DNA of 64,000 nt from Phormidesmis sp. (GCA_965248535.1 CBDFJR010000002.1:1536001-1600000), one strand, 5' to 3'. Positions 51,057 through 61,986 are shown, numbered from the stretch's first letter. Program-made: numbers and translations. Notes: generated from the sequence alone by a model not told the origin.

Positions 51057-51931
51057 GTAAACTCTACCGTTAAGCTCACTTCAGTTTCTAGCGTGGCTCC
51101 AGGGTCGAGATAAAACAAGCGATCGCCCGTGTTTAAAGCATTCCGAAGCGCGCTCCAGGGTTCTAAACAATAAAAATCTTTGCCCTTCAGCGTCCAAAAA
51201 ACCAGGGCCGAAAACTCAGGGCCATAGCTAAGACTCAGACGAGTGTGACGACTCAGATCTGAGCCACTCGCCACCTGACAACCTAACTGCGGAAAGGCCC
51301 AATCGATTTCAGGTCGATCGAAGTCAAACGTGTTAAAAAATGGCTGCACATCCTTAGACTGCTGATCTAACGCCTCAGTTGAAGGAATCTCAAATCGCAA
51401 TTGATTTTTATCTAACACCAAAAAATAGGGGTGAAACCCGATCGAAAACGGCATCCTTTCGCTAGACCGATTGATATAACGCTGATGAATCGAGAGCGTC
51501 TGCCCTTGCAGCGTGTAGGTAAACTCAAGCTGAAAATCAAACGGATAGACGGCCCGAGTCTGATCAGTGCTCGATAGCCCCAAGGTTAGACTCACCTGAT
51601 CTTGCGTCACCCGATCGAGCACCTCCCAAGGCATCTCTCGCGCAAACCCATGCTGCTTGAGCGTGTAAGACTGCCCGTTATGCGTGTAGGTGTTGTCTGG
51701 CAGATTGCCGCAGATCGGAAACAGAATCGGAATGCCCCCGCGCACCGACAAGCCCGGATCAGCAAACCGTGCCGTATCCATATAGAGCAATTCTCGCCCC
51801 TGCACCTGCCAGCTAGTGATAATGCCACCCCGATCGGGCACCACTTCTAGCCGTGACTGTGCAGCCTGGTCAGTCAGAATATACGTGTCATATTGCTGAC
51901 GACGAAACACGATCGTAAACACAGGCACCAT
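51053..51931 (-). CDS. aldose 1-epimerase family protein
   Basis: [29 protein letters not shown]. Confidence 0.92.
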   Translation of the reverse strand: MVPVFTIVFRRQQYDTYILTDQAAQSRLEVVPDRGGIITSWQVQGRELLYMDTARFADPGLSVRGGIPILFPICGNLPDNTYTHNGQSYTLKQHGFAREMPWEVLDRVTQDQVSLTLGLSSTDQTRAVYPFDFQLEFTYTLQGQTLSIHQRYINRSSERMPFSIGFHPYFLVLDKNQLRFEIPSTEALDQQSKDVQPFFNTFDFDRPEIDWAFPQLGCQVASGSDLSRHTRLSLSYGPEFSALVFWTLKGKDFYCLEPWSALRNALNTGDRLFYLDPGATLETEVSLTVEFT

Positions 51932-51992
51932 CCCAGATGAATCAATAGGCTATAGATTAACAGGTCACCAGAGCACAAATGAGTATTGTGCT

Positions 51993-54029
51993 CTACTCTC
52001 TGGATGGCGAAATTGCCGCAGCAATCTCTGTAGCGGTAGGAGTTTTGGCATATCGCTTCCGCAGTGGCTCTAGGCTATTGGCCGGGCTGGGCGCGATCGC
52101 CGGAGCCGCCTCGATCGCGGGTGAAGCCGCATCTCCCTGCTGATCAGGGGGCATAGTCGGGGTCGGGGAAGCCTCGTGAGATGGGCTAGGGCTAGGAGCC
52201 GAGATAAACGAATCGTTTTTCCAAGGTGTGGGAGCAGGTTTATCAGCCCCAACACTTGGCGGCGTGATCGGCGTGCCCGCATCAGGCGACGGCACCGCAG
52301 CCGGAGTCGGCGCAGCAGGCAGAGTTGGAGCTTGCTGAATCGGCGACTCTATAGGACTGGGCGCAAGAGTCGTCGGCTCAGTTGCAGGAGTCGGCACCCC
52401 TGAAGGACTGACCGCTGGGGCACTCGGAGCGCTCACCGTCGTGTTGGATTGAGCATCTAGCACCACAGGCGACTTCATGGGTTCGTGAAAGATGTCTGAG
52501 ACGTTTTCGATCTGGTGCAAAATCTCGGTGCCGCGATCGCCACTCACCACCCTGGGCTGAAACCCTTTCACCTCAACGGGCACAAACTCGACTTTCATCT
52601 GTTTGTCTTTGAGTGCGACTTTGAGCACGGCGGTGTCATAATCACTCACCGATTTGCCGCCAAAGATAAAATTGCCCAGCGAATACACGATCGGGCGGCC
52701 TTTATAGATTTCGGCCCCTTGCAAAACGTGGGGATGATGCCCAACCACGAGATCGGCCCCCTGGTCGATCGTAAAGCGCGCCAGATCCATCTGATAATCA
52801 CCGGGATATTTCGCTAACTCTTCGCCCCAGTGATAGTTGACCACGACCCAATCGACTTGACCGCGAATCGCTTTGATATCGGCCGCGACCCGATCGTTTT
52901 GACGCGAATTCGTCCCTGCCACACCTGCCCCAGCCGCCTGAAATTCGCCGTCGTAATAGCCCAAATAGGCGATGCGCTGCCCCTTGACATCGAGAATTTC
53001 TGGGCGGCGGGCTTCTTCGATCGTGCGCCCGGCCCCAATGTGATGAATGCCCGCTTGATCGAGGGTTTTGATCGTCTCGTCTAACCCAGCCGCCTGATAG
53101 TCCATCGCGTGATTATTAGCCAGCGTCACGAGATCAATGCCGCCATTTTTCAACGCTTGCACATTCGCCGGATCGACTTTGAAGTTAAAGGACTTATCTG
53201 CTAGGGGCGTAGTTGCGGTGGTAAAAGGCGCTTCTAGATTCACCATCGCCACGTCTGCCTGACGCACTTCGCCCATGGCTGAGAATGCCCACTGCTGGTC
53301 ACTGCCCACCAGATCGGTGTAAGCATCAGTGAGGGTGACATCTCCCCCAAACATCAGCGTCACAGTGGGATCGGCAGCATTCTGCACGGGCGGTTTCTCA
53401 ACTGAGACATTGCCCAACGCCGTCAAAACCGTGTCAGAGCGAGTCAGAGCCGTGGCCGCCGGAGACGCTGAGGCGGTAGTTTGATCGGTGGGGGCATCGC
53501 TATAGCCTAGCCAGCATCCCATGATGAAAGCGGCGGCGGTGGTGCCTGTGAGCAAGAGCGATCGTAGCGCCCTAAACTGCACTTTTTGACGAGCCGCCTG
53601 CTGCACTTGGGACTGAATCTGGCTGGTTTTGCGAAGGGTTGAAGGGGTTGATTTTGGTGGCAGCCCTAGTTTGACGCGTCTCGCCGGAGACAACACCCTA
53701 ACTGACTGCCGCCAGAGCACTTGCGGAGTGCCGATCAAGCGTCCCGCGACCTGCACCCCTTCAATCACGTCAGAATCGAGCTTCCAGAGGTGATGACAGA
53801 TAAACCGCACTAAGCGGCTGCGAAACTGGGGTGACTTGGCATCACGATCGGGCGATGGGTGAAACTCAACGAGCACCTGCAAACAGCCAGACTGAGGAGC
53901 GGCCTCGACTTTTGCATAAAGGTGATGGGGCAAGAGCAACACATTTAGCCAATAGGCAATGGCTCGAAAATTGCCCGATCGGGCCAGTTCTAACACAGAA
54001 GGGTGATCAGACTCGCCCGCATAACTCAT
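51993..54029 (-). CDS. CapA family (poly-gamma-glutamate synthesis-like) metallophosphoesterase
   Basis: FGGDV, VNLEAP, LANNHAMDY, HWGEE, GHHPHVLQG, YSLGNFIF; Pro-rich tail. Confidence 0.9.
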   Translation of the reverse strand: MSYAGESDHPSVLELARSGNFRAIAYWLNVLLLPHHLYAKVEAAPQSGCLQVLVEFHPSPDRDAKSPQFRSRLVRFICHHLWKLDSDVIEGVQVAGRLIGTPQVLWRQSVRVLSPARRVKLGLPPKSTPSTLRKTSQIQSQVQQAARQKVQFRALRSLLLTGTTAAAFIMGCWLGYSDAPTDQTTASASPAATALTRSDTVLTALGNVSVEKPPVQNAADPTVTLMFGGDVTLTDAYTDLVGSDQQWAFSAMGEVRQADVAMVNLEAPFTTATTPLADKSFNFKVDPANVQALKNGGIDLVTLANNHAMDYQAAGLDETIKTLDQAGIHHIGAGRTIEEARRPEILDVKGQRIAYLGYYDGEFQAAGAGVAGTNSRQNDRVAADIKAIRGQVDWVVVNYHWGEELAKYPGDYQMDLARFTIDQGADLVVGHHPHVLQGAEIYKGRPIVYSLGNFIFGGKSVSDYDTAVLKVALKDKQMKVEFVPVEVKGFQPRVVSGDRGTEILHQIENVSDIFHEPMKSPVVLDAQSNTTVSAPSAPAVSPSGVPTPATEPTTLAPSPIESPIQQAPTLPAAPTPAAVPSPDAGTPITPPSVGADKPAPTPWKNDSFISAPSPSPSHEASPTPTMPPDQQGDAASPAIEAAPAIAPSPANSLEPLRKRYAKTPTATEIAAAISPSRE

Positions 54030-54170
54030 ATCTAAAACTCCCACACGCAACTCAAAACGACCAAGATACAACCCCGCATGACTGGTTTGGATGACTAGAC
54101 TCGTAGCTCCCCAACGCTGGGGTTGGGACTCCCAAGAGGTGCAAAATCTGAGCTAACCTCGATCGATCGC

Positions 54171-54176
54171 TATGAT
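54171..54176 (+). promoter_or_regulatory. candidate -10 box for the 6S RNA
   Basis: TATGAT about 6 nt upstream of the predicted 5' end. Confidence 0.5.
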
Positions 54177-54180
54177 GCAA

Positions 54181-54345
54181 ATCACACAACATTAAACTCT
54201 ATATCGTCTGGTTTGCACTAAAATTCTTTTTTTCAGGGGCCGCGCTCATGCCGGGTTTGTGGATCGGGTGACATACCCCTGACGCTTCCCGTTCACAGAT
54301 AAGCAAAAGGGCTGGCTTAGAGTTGCGGGTGTTGTTGACCGACAA
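54181..54345 (+). ncRNA. ssaA: probable 6S RNA (ends approximate)
   Basis: Rod-like fold with a closing stem (CAACATT/GGTGTTG, AACTCTA/TAGAGTT, TTTGC/GCAAA), a central unpaired bubble and a terminal stem TCAGGGG/CCCCTGA. G-U pairs favour the + strand. The TTTCAGG…CCTGACGCTTC pattern matches my recollection of cyanobacterial 6S. Confidence 0.75.
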
Positions 54346-54597
54346 AGCCTATGCTGTTTGCCAAGCGATCGCTGCTGGTTCTTCTCAGTCTCTATGTCCT
54401 TTACTTAATCAAAACGGCGGCGGGCATCAACCTATCAGAGCGCTATACGGCTCCAGAGTTTGTCAAGTTTCCGGTCAAAGCATTTCTCCATCATTCATAA
54501 TCACGAGCGGATCACGACTCTGGAAAAGTCTCTGCAAGTCGAGAGAAGCAGGTACGATAGGGCATATTCCCTCAAGTCTGCGGTTTCTAGATTAGGC

Positions 54598-55890
54598 ATG
54601 ACCCTCGACCCCAATTTGCCGCCTGCATCCGACCAACCCCACGCCAACAATGGAACCGGGGGCAACAGTGGATCTGATTCTGCTCCAAAGTTTCAGCCGC
54701 CCTCTAAGGCTGAGGTTTTGAGAGAAAAAAATGCGGCTGCGTTTCCCGGAGTGGGCATTCCGTCAAGTGACTCGTCTCGACTGTCAGCTATTCGTCCGGC
54801 CATTTCTCTGATCATACTAGTCGCAATCATCATAGTGATGATCGGACTGTTCATCAACAGTTTTTGGCTAGTGTTATCTGGCTCGATCGTGGCGTTGCTC
54901 TTGTCATTACGAATTCTGTTTCCAATCTTGCAGCCCATCCTGGCAGAACTCGGTGCCGGGCTAGAACAATCCGTTGCGATTGCCGCCGCTGGGCTAGCGC
55001 TAGCGATCGTTGGCTTGCTCAAGCTTGCAGGCTTTGGCACCACTCTAATGATCTGGTACAAGCAAGTAGACTGGAACGCGATCGGGGCCCTCGGTGAGGT
55101 GTTTGGCGCGCTAGGGCAAATTTTTATCGCGATTTTGGCGGTTTATATTGCCTGGCGGCAGTATGTGATCTCTAAAGATCTGACGATTCAGCAAAACACA
55201 ATTACTCAGCAGCAGACGATCGACACCTACTTTCAAGGCATCTCAGACCTGATTTTAGATGACGAAGGGTTGTTAGAAGACTGGCCGCAAGAACGCGCGA
55301 TCGCCGAAGGCCGAACTGCCGCCATTCTCAGCAGTGTGGATGGCGCAGGCAAAGCCAAGATTTTACGGTTTCTATCTAGAGCTAAATTGCTCACCCCTTT
55401 AAAGCGCGATCGTCGCCTCGGTCGGGCCATTCTTGATGGCTCTGGCGGCTATGCTGAAGACCGAAGTCACGGGGTTAGAGTCATTGATATTGGGGTAATG
55501 TTGGCGGCGGCCAATTTATCGGGCACCGACCTGCGCTGGACAGATTTGAGCGAGGCTAACTTGATTCGGGCAAACCTCGATCGCTGTGATCTGGTCAAGT
55601 CTAATCTCGCCCGAACGATTCTCCTCAACGCCAATCTCAAAGGCGCAGACTTCAACGGCGTGCGGCTTTTTTATGGCAGTGCCGAAGCCGCTTCGCCCCG
55701 CAGCCGCACTGAGCCACCTAACTATAAAACGGGTGCCCACACTGGAGCCGTGGTCGAAAATGCCGATTTTACCAATGCTGAAGACCTGTCTCCAGAGCAG
55801 CGCTATTATTGCTGTGCTTGGGGTGGCTCCAAAACGAGAGCCACGATTCCGGGCGGGTGTGACGGCATTCCCAATAAGCTAGGTCGGTGA
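54598..55890 (+). CDS. membrane protein with pentapeptide repeats
   Basis: Several TM helices, then WRQYVISKDLTIQQN…QQQTIDTYFQGISDL and ANLSGTDL repeats; ATG 54598. Confidence 0.88.
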   Translation: MTLDPNLPPASDQPHANNGTGGNSGSDSAPKFQPPSKAEVLREKNAAAFPGVGIPSSDSSRLSAIRPAISLIILVAIIIVMIGLFINSFWLVLSGSIVALLLSLRILFPILQPILAELGAGLEQSVAIAAAGLALAIVGLLKLAGFGTTLMIWYKQVDWNAIGALGEVFGALGQIFIAILAVYIAWRQYVISKDLTIQQNTITQQQTIDTYFQGISDLILDDEGLLEDWPQERAIAEGRTAAILSSVDGAGKAKILRFLSRAKLLTPLKRDRRLGRAILDGSGGYAEDRSHGVRVIDIGVMLAAANLSGTDLRWTDLSEANLIRANLDRCDLVKSNLARTILLNANLKGADFNGVRLFYGSAEAASPRSRTEPPNYKTGAHTGAVVENADFTNAEDLSPEQRYYCCAWGGSKTRATIPGGCDGIPNKLGR

Positions 55891-55907
55891 ACTGAGTGAC
55901 TGTCTGA

Positions 55908-56901
55908 TCACAAGGACACAGATTGTCCGGTCTCTGCCGATCGTCGGGCCGCATCCGCCACTCTCAGGGTATACAAACTGTCGGCTGGGGACACATAAAG
56001 GCGCGTGCCGTCAATTAAGCGATCCAGCACGGCAGTTGTGTCTCTGGCAAAGATGCCCCGACGACCTGCCACCTCGATCGGGCGAGTTCCTTCGTGGTTG
56101 ATCAACACGCCGCCATCTCCATCAAAAATCAATCCGCCTTGGCTGCCCTGCACTTCTAATTTGCGCTCTGGCTGCCAAACCGCTTCCCCTTTGCCATAGA
56201 CGACTTCGGCGATTAACCCACTCTTAAAGCGAAGCTGGGCAGCACAGACACAGGCTATATAGTGCTCAGAGTCAGGGGTTTTTCGCCATTCGCGATTTTG
56301 ACAACTGACGATCGCGACTTCACCAAAGGCATGGGTCAAGCGATGCAACCGCGACAGCGCCCCGATCAGAGGAAACCCAAACAGGTCGGGCTGATAAGTC
56401 CATTTGGGCGGCGCAGGATGTTGAGGAGTCATCGTCACATAGCGGGCATAAACAGGAGTGCCGATCTGAGGCAATGCCTGAATTAAAGCTTGGTGCACTC
56501 CGCCCAACAATTCAATATGCTCGACGTGCAGCAACAGGTTTTGGGAGCTTGCTAGGGCGATCGCGCCCACAGCTTCGTCAACCGTGAGAGCTAGAGGATA
56601 TTCGACCACGACGTGTTTTCCGGCTGAGAGGGCCGCCTGCACGATCGCACCGTGATCGCGATTGATGCCGGAGATGATCACGAGATCAATCTGCTCGTTT
56701 GCCAATCAAGTCAGCCCAGCTACTAAACGATTGAGTCTGGTGAACGTGACCAAACTCCTGAGTTTTTTCTGGCGTATGCCCGGCCACGCCTACTAGCTTG
56801 GCTCTGGGGTCTGCGTTTACCGTTTCGGCCCGCAGTTTGGCTGCATACCCCGTGCCTATCAGCCCCACTCGAATGGGGATCGTCGAAAAAGAAGTCATCA
56901 C
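55908..56901 (-). CDS. bvdR: Gfo/Idh/MocA oxidoreductase, probably biliverdin reductase; one extra base near 56698-56703
   Basis: VGLIGTGYAAKLRAE, NRDHG, GKHVVVEYPLAL, LHVEHIELLGG, GALSRLHR; removing one base joins ORFs 56686-56901 and 55908-56705. Confidence 0.75.
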
Positions 56902-56984
56902 GCTTGCGAATAAGGGCTATGGATCAATCTACCTCACCTGAAGTGTTAGCCTAGAAGAGAATTTGGTTTTTGATATCTCAGTCC

Positions 56985-58040
56985 ATGAACAAAGTTGTGG
57001 TAGGACTCTCCGGCGGAGTCGATAGCTCAGTTGCCGCAGCCGCTCTGCATCATCAAGGCTATGAGGTGGTGGGCGTGACCCTTTGGTTGATGAAGGGCAA
57101 AGGTCAGTGTTGCTCAGAAGGCATGGTAGACGCTGCCAAGCTTTGTGAGTTTTTGGGCATTCCTCACCACATCGTAGACAGCCGCGATCGCTTTCAGGCT
57201 GACATTATCGATTATTTGGTCACAGGCTATAGCGACGGCATTACGCCGCTGCCGTGTTCTCAGTGCAACAAGGCGGTCAAGTTTACGCCGATGTTAAATT
57301 TTGCGCGAGAGCAGTTGGGCATCTCCACGATCGCCACAGGTCACTATGCCCGCACTCGCTATGACGAGCAAACAGGACGCTATCAACTGCTGCGGGCCAT
57401 CGATCGCACTAAAGATCAGTCCTATTTTCTCTATGACTTAGAGCAAGATATTCTTTCGCAAGTTCTGTTTCCCCTAGGCGAACAGCCCAAAACCGAGACG
57501 CGGCGAATCGCGGCTGAATATGGCCTGCACACGGCCGACAAGCCCGAAAGCCAAGATCTCTGCCTGGTAGAAGCAAACGGCTCTATGCGGGCATTTCTCG
57601 ACAAATACATCACGCCGCAACTGGGCGACATCGTAGACCGATCGGGCGCTGTTTTGGGTCAACACGAAGGCGTTCATCACTACACGATCGGGCAGCGCAA
57701 AGGGCTGGGCATCGCCCACAGTGAGCCGCTTTATGTGCTCGAACTTGACCCTGGTCGCAATCGGGTCATCGTCGGCGATCGCTCTGAAGCTCAAGATCCC
57801 GGTTGCACGGTGCAGCGCGTCAATTGGGTCTCGATCGCGGCACCCACGACTCCCATTCACGCTGAGGTTCAGATTCGCTATCGATCGTCTGCGGTTCCGG
57901 CGATGGTGATCCCGATCGAGAATTCTCGGGTGAGAATTGTGTTTGATGATCCACAGTTCAGCATTACGCCTGGTCAAGCCGCCGTTTGGTATGACGGAGA
58001 GGTGTTGCTGGGCGGTGGCATCATCGAAAAGCAGCCGTAA
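56985..58040 (+). CDS. mnmA: tRNA 2-thiouridine(34) synthase
   Basis: [54 protein letters not shown]. Confidence 0.97.
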   Translation: MNKVVVGLSGGVDSSVAAAALHHQGYEVVGVTLWLMKGKGQCCSEGMVDAAKLCEFLGIPHHIVDSRDRFQADIIDYLVTGYSDGITPLPCSQCNKAVKFTPMLNFAREQLGISTIATGHYARTRYDEQTGRYQLLRAIDRTKDQSYFLYDLEQDILSQVLFPLGEQPKTETRRIAAEYGLHTADKPESQDLCLVEANGSMRAFLDKYITPQLGDIVDRSGAVLGQHEGVHHYTIGQRKGLGIAHSEPLYVLELDPGRNRVIVGDRSEAQDPGCTVQRVNWVSIAAPTTPIHAEVQIRYRSSAVPAMVIPIENSRVRIVFDDPQFSITPGQAAVWYDGEVLLGGGIIEKQP

Positions 58041-58288
58041 AGGCGTTCCTGTAGCGATCAGTCCCAAAACGGGAGTGGTGTTTTGAGAAGGCTAGAAAGA
58101 AACAAGGCAGTCAAGAGCAATTGCCGAAACATTCGCTTCTTGAGCGCTGCTTCTTTCCCCACTAAAACGTCTATTTTTCTACGTCCTTCTCTAAATAGCA
58201 CTGCCGCAGAAAGGTGTTTAGAGGTGGTTATCAATCCGTGCCTTAGGGAATATTGGCAGAGATAATAGCTCTCTTTCTCTAAACACGA

Positions 58289-60754
58289 ATGAATCAGCCA
58301 TCGCTTCCTGCTTTCTCACTTCCCCGCAGCTTAACTTCACTCGAAGCTTGGGGGTTTGGGTTTAGCGGGTTGCTTTTGTGGTTAGGCACTGCGCCTGCAA
58401 TGCACGCCGCTTTGGGATCTCAAGCCATCTGGGTTTGGCTACCTGGAACGATCGTGGGAATGTTGCTGAATCTGCAAGTCAAACGCTTAGGAACGTATTT
58501 TCCAGACGTTGCTGGCGGTACCCCTAACTACACAACTCGCTTGCTTCAGCGCTTTCCAAATGTAGCTCGCTATGGTGCGATCGGCTACCTGTTGGGCTGG
58601 GCTTCTGTGCCGCCGATGAATGCCATCATCTTGACTGACTTAATTCAGGAAAATTTGGAGCCATTAGGCATTGCTTGCCCAATCATGCCACTCCGCATTG
58701 GCTTTGCTATTTTGCCCTTTATTGTTGCATTTAGCGGCACGCGGACGTTGGGCATTTTGCATACCTTTTTTGTGTTTCCAGCGATCGGGTTTCTCGTCAC
58801 CTTTTGCCTACAGGGTATCGGCTGGCTCAGTCTTGCCCCGACTAGCCCCGGTTTGCTGCCAGACACTTGGTCGGGCATTGCCGCCATCGATTGGATGAAG
58901 TGGTTCTTTATCGCTGTCTATGCCGTTTATGGCTGTGAGACGGCTTCTTCGTTTGTGGCCGATAGTCGTAAACCTACTGCAACGCTACGGTGTTTAAGCG
59001 TCACGGCCGGATTCATTCCGATCGTCTATTTCGCGGGGTCTTGGGTGGTCATGCGGTTGGCGACCGACGTTGGATTAGGAGATAGTGCTTACCTCAATCT
59101 AGTTGCAGCAGCCCAGCCGTTCTGGGGTGTTCTCACTCCCGCACTCGTGACCTTTTTGATTACGTCTGGTTGTTTACTAAGTTCTGCAACAGCCGTTTCT
59201 AACTGCCCTCGCATCTTGTATCAATTGGCAAAAGATGGCTATCTGCCCCCCATATTTTCTGCCGTTTCGCGCCGGGGTGTGCTCGAACCCAGCTTAATTT
59301 TTACGCTATTGCTGAGTCTGCTTTGCCTGGTGTGGGGAGATGTTGCCCATGTGGTGATGGTCACAGGAACAGGCTACCTAACCTCTATGATGGCGATTCA
59401 CTGGGGATTATGGGTCTGCCGCAAACGACCCGAAACCCGGTGGTCTTGGTTATCACTCGGCTTCTTTGGAATGGAGGCTGCTGTTTTGATAGTCGGCGGG
59501 TTGGCGTGGGGCTGGCAAGATTTATTGATTGGCTTACTGTTGCCGTTGGCTGTTGGGATGGCAGCAGTGTGGCTACCTCGTCTGCACTTTGCGCCGTTCG
59601 ATCTAAGTTGGTGGCTACAGCGCGATCGCCAGCCACTTCGTGCGCCTAAAGCTGATTGGATCGCCTTGCAAGTGACGATTCTGATCCTCTTAGTGTGTGG
59701 TGCAGTTAGCATTGGCTGGTTAGTGAGAGCGGGACTTGAACGCCACGGCACGGGTAGCCACATGGCGTTGTTTAGCATTTTGCTGATCACCATTGCCTTT
59801 GTAGGGGTGGCGATCGCGTGCTGGACAAGTCTGCCCCAGATTGCCGCCATCACCGAAGCACGAGAAGAAGTTGAACGAACCCTGACTGATTTGCAGTGGA
59901 CGCAAACGCAACTGGTGCAGGCGGAAAAAATGTCGAGTTTAGGACAGTTGGTGGCAGGCGTTGCCCATGAAATCAACAATCCTGTTAACTTCATTCACGG
60001 TAATCTCATCCATGTGCGAGAGTATTCTCAAGATCTGCTGAATCTGATCCAACTTTACGAGAAGTATTATCCAAACCCCGTACTCGAAATTCAAGCTGAG
60101 GTTGCAGCGGTCGATCTGGGATTTTTGCAGAACGATCTGATCAAAACGCTCGACTCCATGAAAATTGGCACCGATCGTATCTGTCAGATCGTGTTGGGTT
60201 TACGCAACTTTTCTCGCCTAGATGAAGCCGACTTTAAAGAAGTCGATCTTCACGAAGGCATTGACAGCACATTGCTAATCTTGCAACATCGCCTCAAAGC
60301 GCGGTCAGATCGTCCAGAGATTCAGTTAATTAAAGACTATGGCGATCTACCGCCAGTAGAATGCTATCCCGGCCCGTTAAATCAGGTGCTGATGAACATT
60401 TTGGCAAACGCGATCGACGCATTAGAGGAAAGTAATGCGAAACGCACTTATCAGGAGATTGAAGCCAAGCCTAACCAGATTACGGTTCGTACATCGGTGG
60501 TCAAGGCTGAATGGATAGAAATTGCGATCGCCGACAATGGAGGGGGGATGCCTGAAACAGTTCAGCAACGTATTTTCAATCCATTCTTTACAACAAAACC
60601 CGTAGGCAAGGGAACAGGGATGGGAATGTCTATCAGCCATCAAATCATTACTGAAAAACATGGCGGTCATCTGAAGTGCAGTTCTAGTCCTGGGGCGGGA
60701 ACCGAGTTTATGATTCAAATTCCAATTCGGCAACTTGTTAAGAGCGTCTGCTAA
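58289..60754 (+). CDS. APC-family amino acid permease fused to a histidine kinase
   Basis: N-terminal APC-like TM domain (AVYAVYGCET, PRILYQLAKDGYLP); then EKMSSLGQLVAGVAHEINNP, NILANAID, DNGGG, FNPFFTTKPVGKGTGMG. Confidence 0.88.
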   Translation: MNQPSLPAFSLPRSLTSLEAWGFGFSGLLLWLGTAPAMHAALGSQAIWVWLPGTIVGMLLNLQVKRLGTYFPDVAGGTPNYTTRLLQRFPNVARYGAIGYLLGWASVPPMNAIILTDLIQENLEPLGIACPIMPLRIGFAILPFIVAFSGTRTLGILHTFFVFPAIGFLVTFCLQGIGWLSLAPTSPGLLPDTWSGIAAIDWMKWFFIAVYAVYGCETASSFVADSRKPTATLRCLSVTAGFIPIVYFAGSWVVMRLATDVGLGDSAYLNLVAAAQPFWGVLTPALVTFLITSGCLLSSATAVSNCPRILYQLAKDGYLPPIFSAVSRRGVLEPSLIFTLLLSLLCLVWGDVAHVVMVTGTGYLTSMMAIHWGLWVCRKRPETRWSWLSLGFFGMEAAVLIVGGLAWGWQDLLIGLLLPLAVGMAAVWLPRLHFAPFDLSWWLQRDRQPLRAPKADWIALQVTILILLVCGAVSIGWLVRAGLERHGTGSHMALFSILLITIAFVGVAIACWTSLPQIAAITEAREEVERTLTDLQWTQTQLVQAEKMSSLGQLVAGVAHEINNPVNFIHGNLIHVREYSQDLLNLIQLYEKYYPNPVLEIQAEVAAVDLGFLQNDLIKTLDSMKIGTDRICQIVLGLRNFSRLDEADFKEVDLHEGIDSTLLILQHRLKARSDRPEIQLIKDYGDLPPVECYPGPLNQVLMNILANAIDALEESNAKRTYQEIEAKPNQITVRTSVVKAEWIEIAIADNGGGMPETVQQRIFNPFFTTKPVGKGTGMGMSISHQIITEKHGGHLKCSSSPGAGTEFMIQIPIRQLVKSVC

Positions 60755-60880
60755 AAAGCAAGCTTTAGAAGTTAAACGCACAGGGCTACAAAGTCTTTAC
60801 TCTGACTAGATTTCGGCTTTGGAAAAGGTTGAGGAGCCGGAGGAGACGAGTGATGAAAGTTAATGCAACCCAACTTAGAG

Positions 60881-61465
60881 CTATATCTGCTCAAGGGAAC
60901 AGTCGCAGTCTAAAGCTTGTCTCAACAGATCCTTATAGTCTCGATTGGAAATGACATAAGATCCAAATCGCTCTAGGTGTGGGTTTGTCATCTGAGCATC
61001 AAACAGCACAAACTTTTGGGTTCGCAGTCGCTCGACCAGTTTGACCATGGCCACCTTAGAGCCATCTGGAATGTTAAAAAACATCGACTCCCCAATAAAA
61101 GCGCCGCGAATCACAATCCCCAAGATGCCGCCCGCCAGTTGATCGCCTTGCCAGGTCTCAAAACTGTGGGCCCATCCCGCTTGATGCAGCGCCCAATAGA
61201 CTTGTTTAAGCTCCTCAGAAATCCAGGTTGTTTCGCGATCGGAGCATCCCTCCACCACGGCTTCAAAATCTCGATTTACCGCCACCGTGAAGCGATCTTG
61301 ATTGAGAACTCGTTGCAGCGATCGGGGATAGCGAAACCGATCGTCTAGCGGAATCAGCGTCCGTTCTCGGCTCGAATACCAGTCTAAAGTCTGCCCCGAC
61401 TCATCGGCCATTAAAAAATAACCCTGGGCATAGCCTTCGACAATGGACGGCACATCGATTTGCAT
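60881..61465 (-). CDS. aat: leucyl/phenylalanyl-tRNA--protein transferase
   Basis: YAQGYFLM, RETTWI, GWAHSFE, AFIGESMF, SKVA, FDAQMTNPHL; alternative start 61474. Confidence 0.93.
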   Translation of the reverse strand: MQIDVPSIVEGYAQGYFLMADESGQTLDWYSSRERTLIPLDDRFRYPRSLQRVLNQDRFTVAVNRDFEAVVEGCSDRETTWISEELKQVYWALHQAGWAHSFETWQGDQLAGGILGIVIRGAFIGESMFFNIPDGSKVAMVKLVERLRTQKFVLFDAQMTNPHLERFGSYVISNRDYKDLLRQALDCDCSLEQI

Positions 61466-61563
61466 AAGGGTCATTTGCGATGAGTTGCGAGAGTGACCAA
61501 TGACAAACCGATGAGTGTATATTTGGATAGTTTCTTCGTCGATCGTTGCAGGTGTCCTAGCCA

Positions 61564-61893
61564 ATGGTTGAACCCATCCCACCGATCACGCTACCTGCTG
61601 CCACCAACCCAGTTCAGGAGGGAGAGTGGCTCCAGCAAAACCTACACAAATGGCTGGATCAAGAGTTTTTGCCCGAAGCGATCAATCACACGATCGCGCA
61701 ACGAGCAGCCCAGATTTATGTGCGGCAGCGCATGGAGGATGAGAACGACTTAGGTTCCTTAGTGCTGGCGATCATTTCAGAAATGCAAGCCTTTGATTTT
61801 TCCCAAAGTTTCTACAGCGAGTTTGCGGTCGCCAATGCCGTCAGCGATATTCTGCTGGATAGTTTGGGTATCGATCGCTGCTGTGGACAGTAA
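61564..61893 (+). CDS. hypothetical protein
   Basis: 109-aa ATG ORF, divergent from aat and convergent with rpsN. Confidence 0.8.
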   Translation: MVEPIPPITLPAATNPVQEGEWLQQNLHKWLDQEFLPEAINHTIAQRAAQIYVRQRMEDENDLGSLVLAIISEMQAFDFSQSFYSEFAVANAVSDILLDSLGIDRCCGQ

Positions 61894-61910
61894 AAAATCC
61901 TAAGAAAGCC

Positions 61911-61980
61911 TTGAGCACTGAATTTTGAGCGTTGAGTCAACCAGCATTTCTAACTCAAAACTCAAAATTCGTAACTCAAA
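61911..61980. repeat. inverted heptamer arrays (TTGAG- and AACTCA-type) between convergent genes, probable terminator
   Basis: TTGAGCA CTGAATT TTGAGCG TTGAGTC … TAACTCA AAACTCA AAATTCG TAACTCA. Confidence 0.7.
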
Positions 61981-61986
61981 CCTTGG

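Noticed and set aside
54181..54345. IscB omega-RNA/HEARO on the minus strand (GTCAACAAC start)
   Set aside because: No IscB/TnpB ORF follows; G-U pairing and the -10 box favour a + strand 6S-like RNA
57474..59994. Long antisense ORFs (57474-58067, 59398-59994) and similar shadow ORFs throughout
   Set aside because: They lie opposite well-supported genes and show no recognisable motifs
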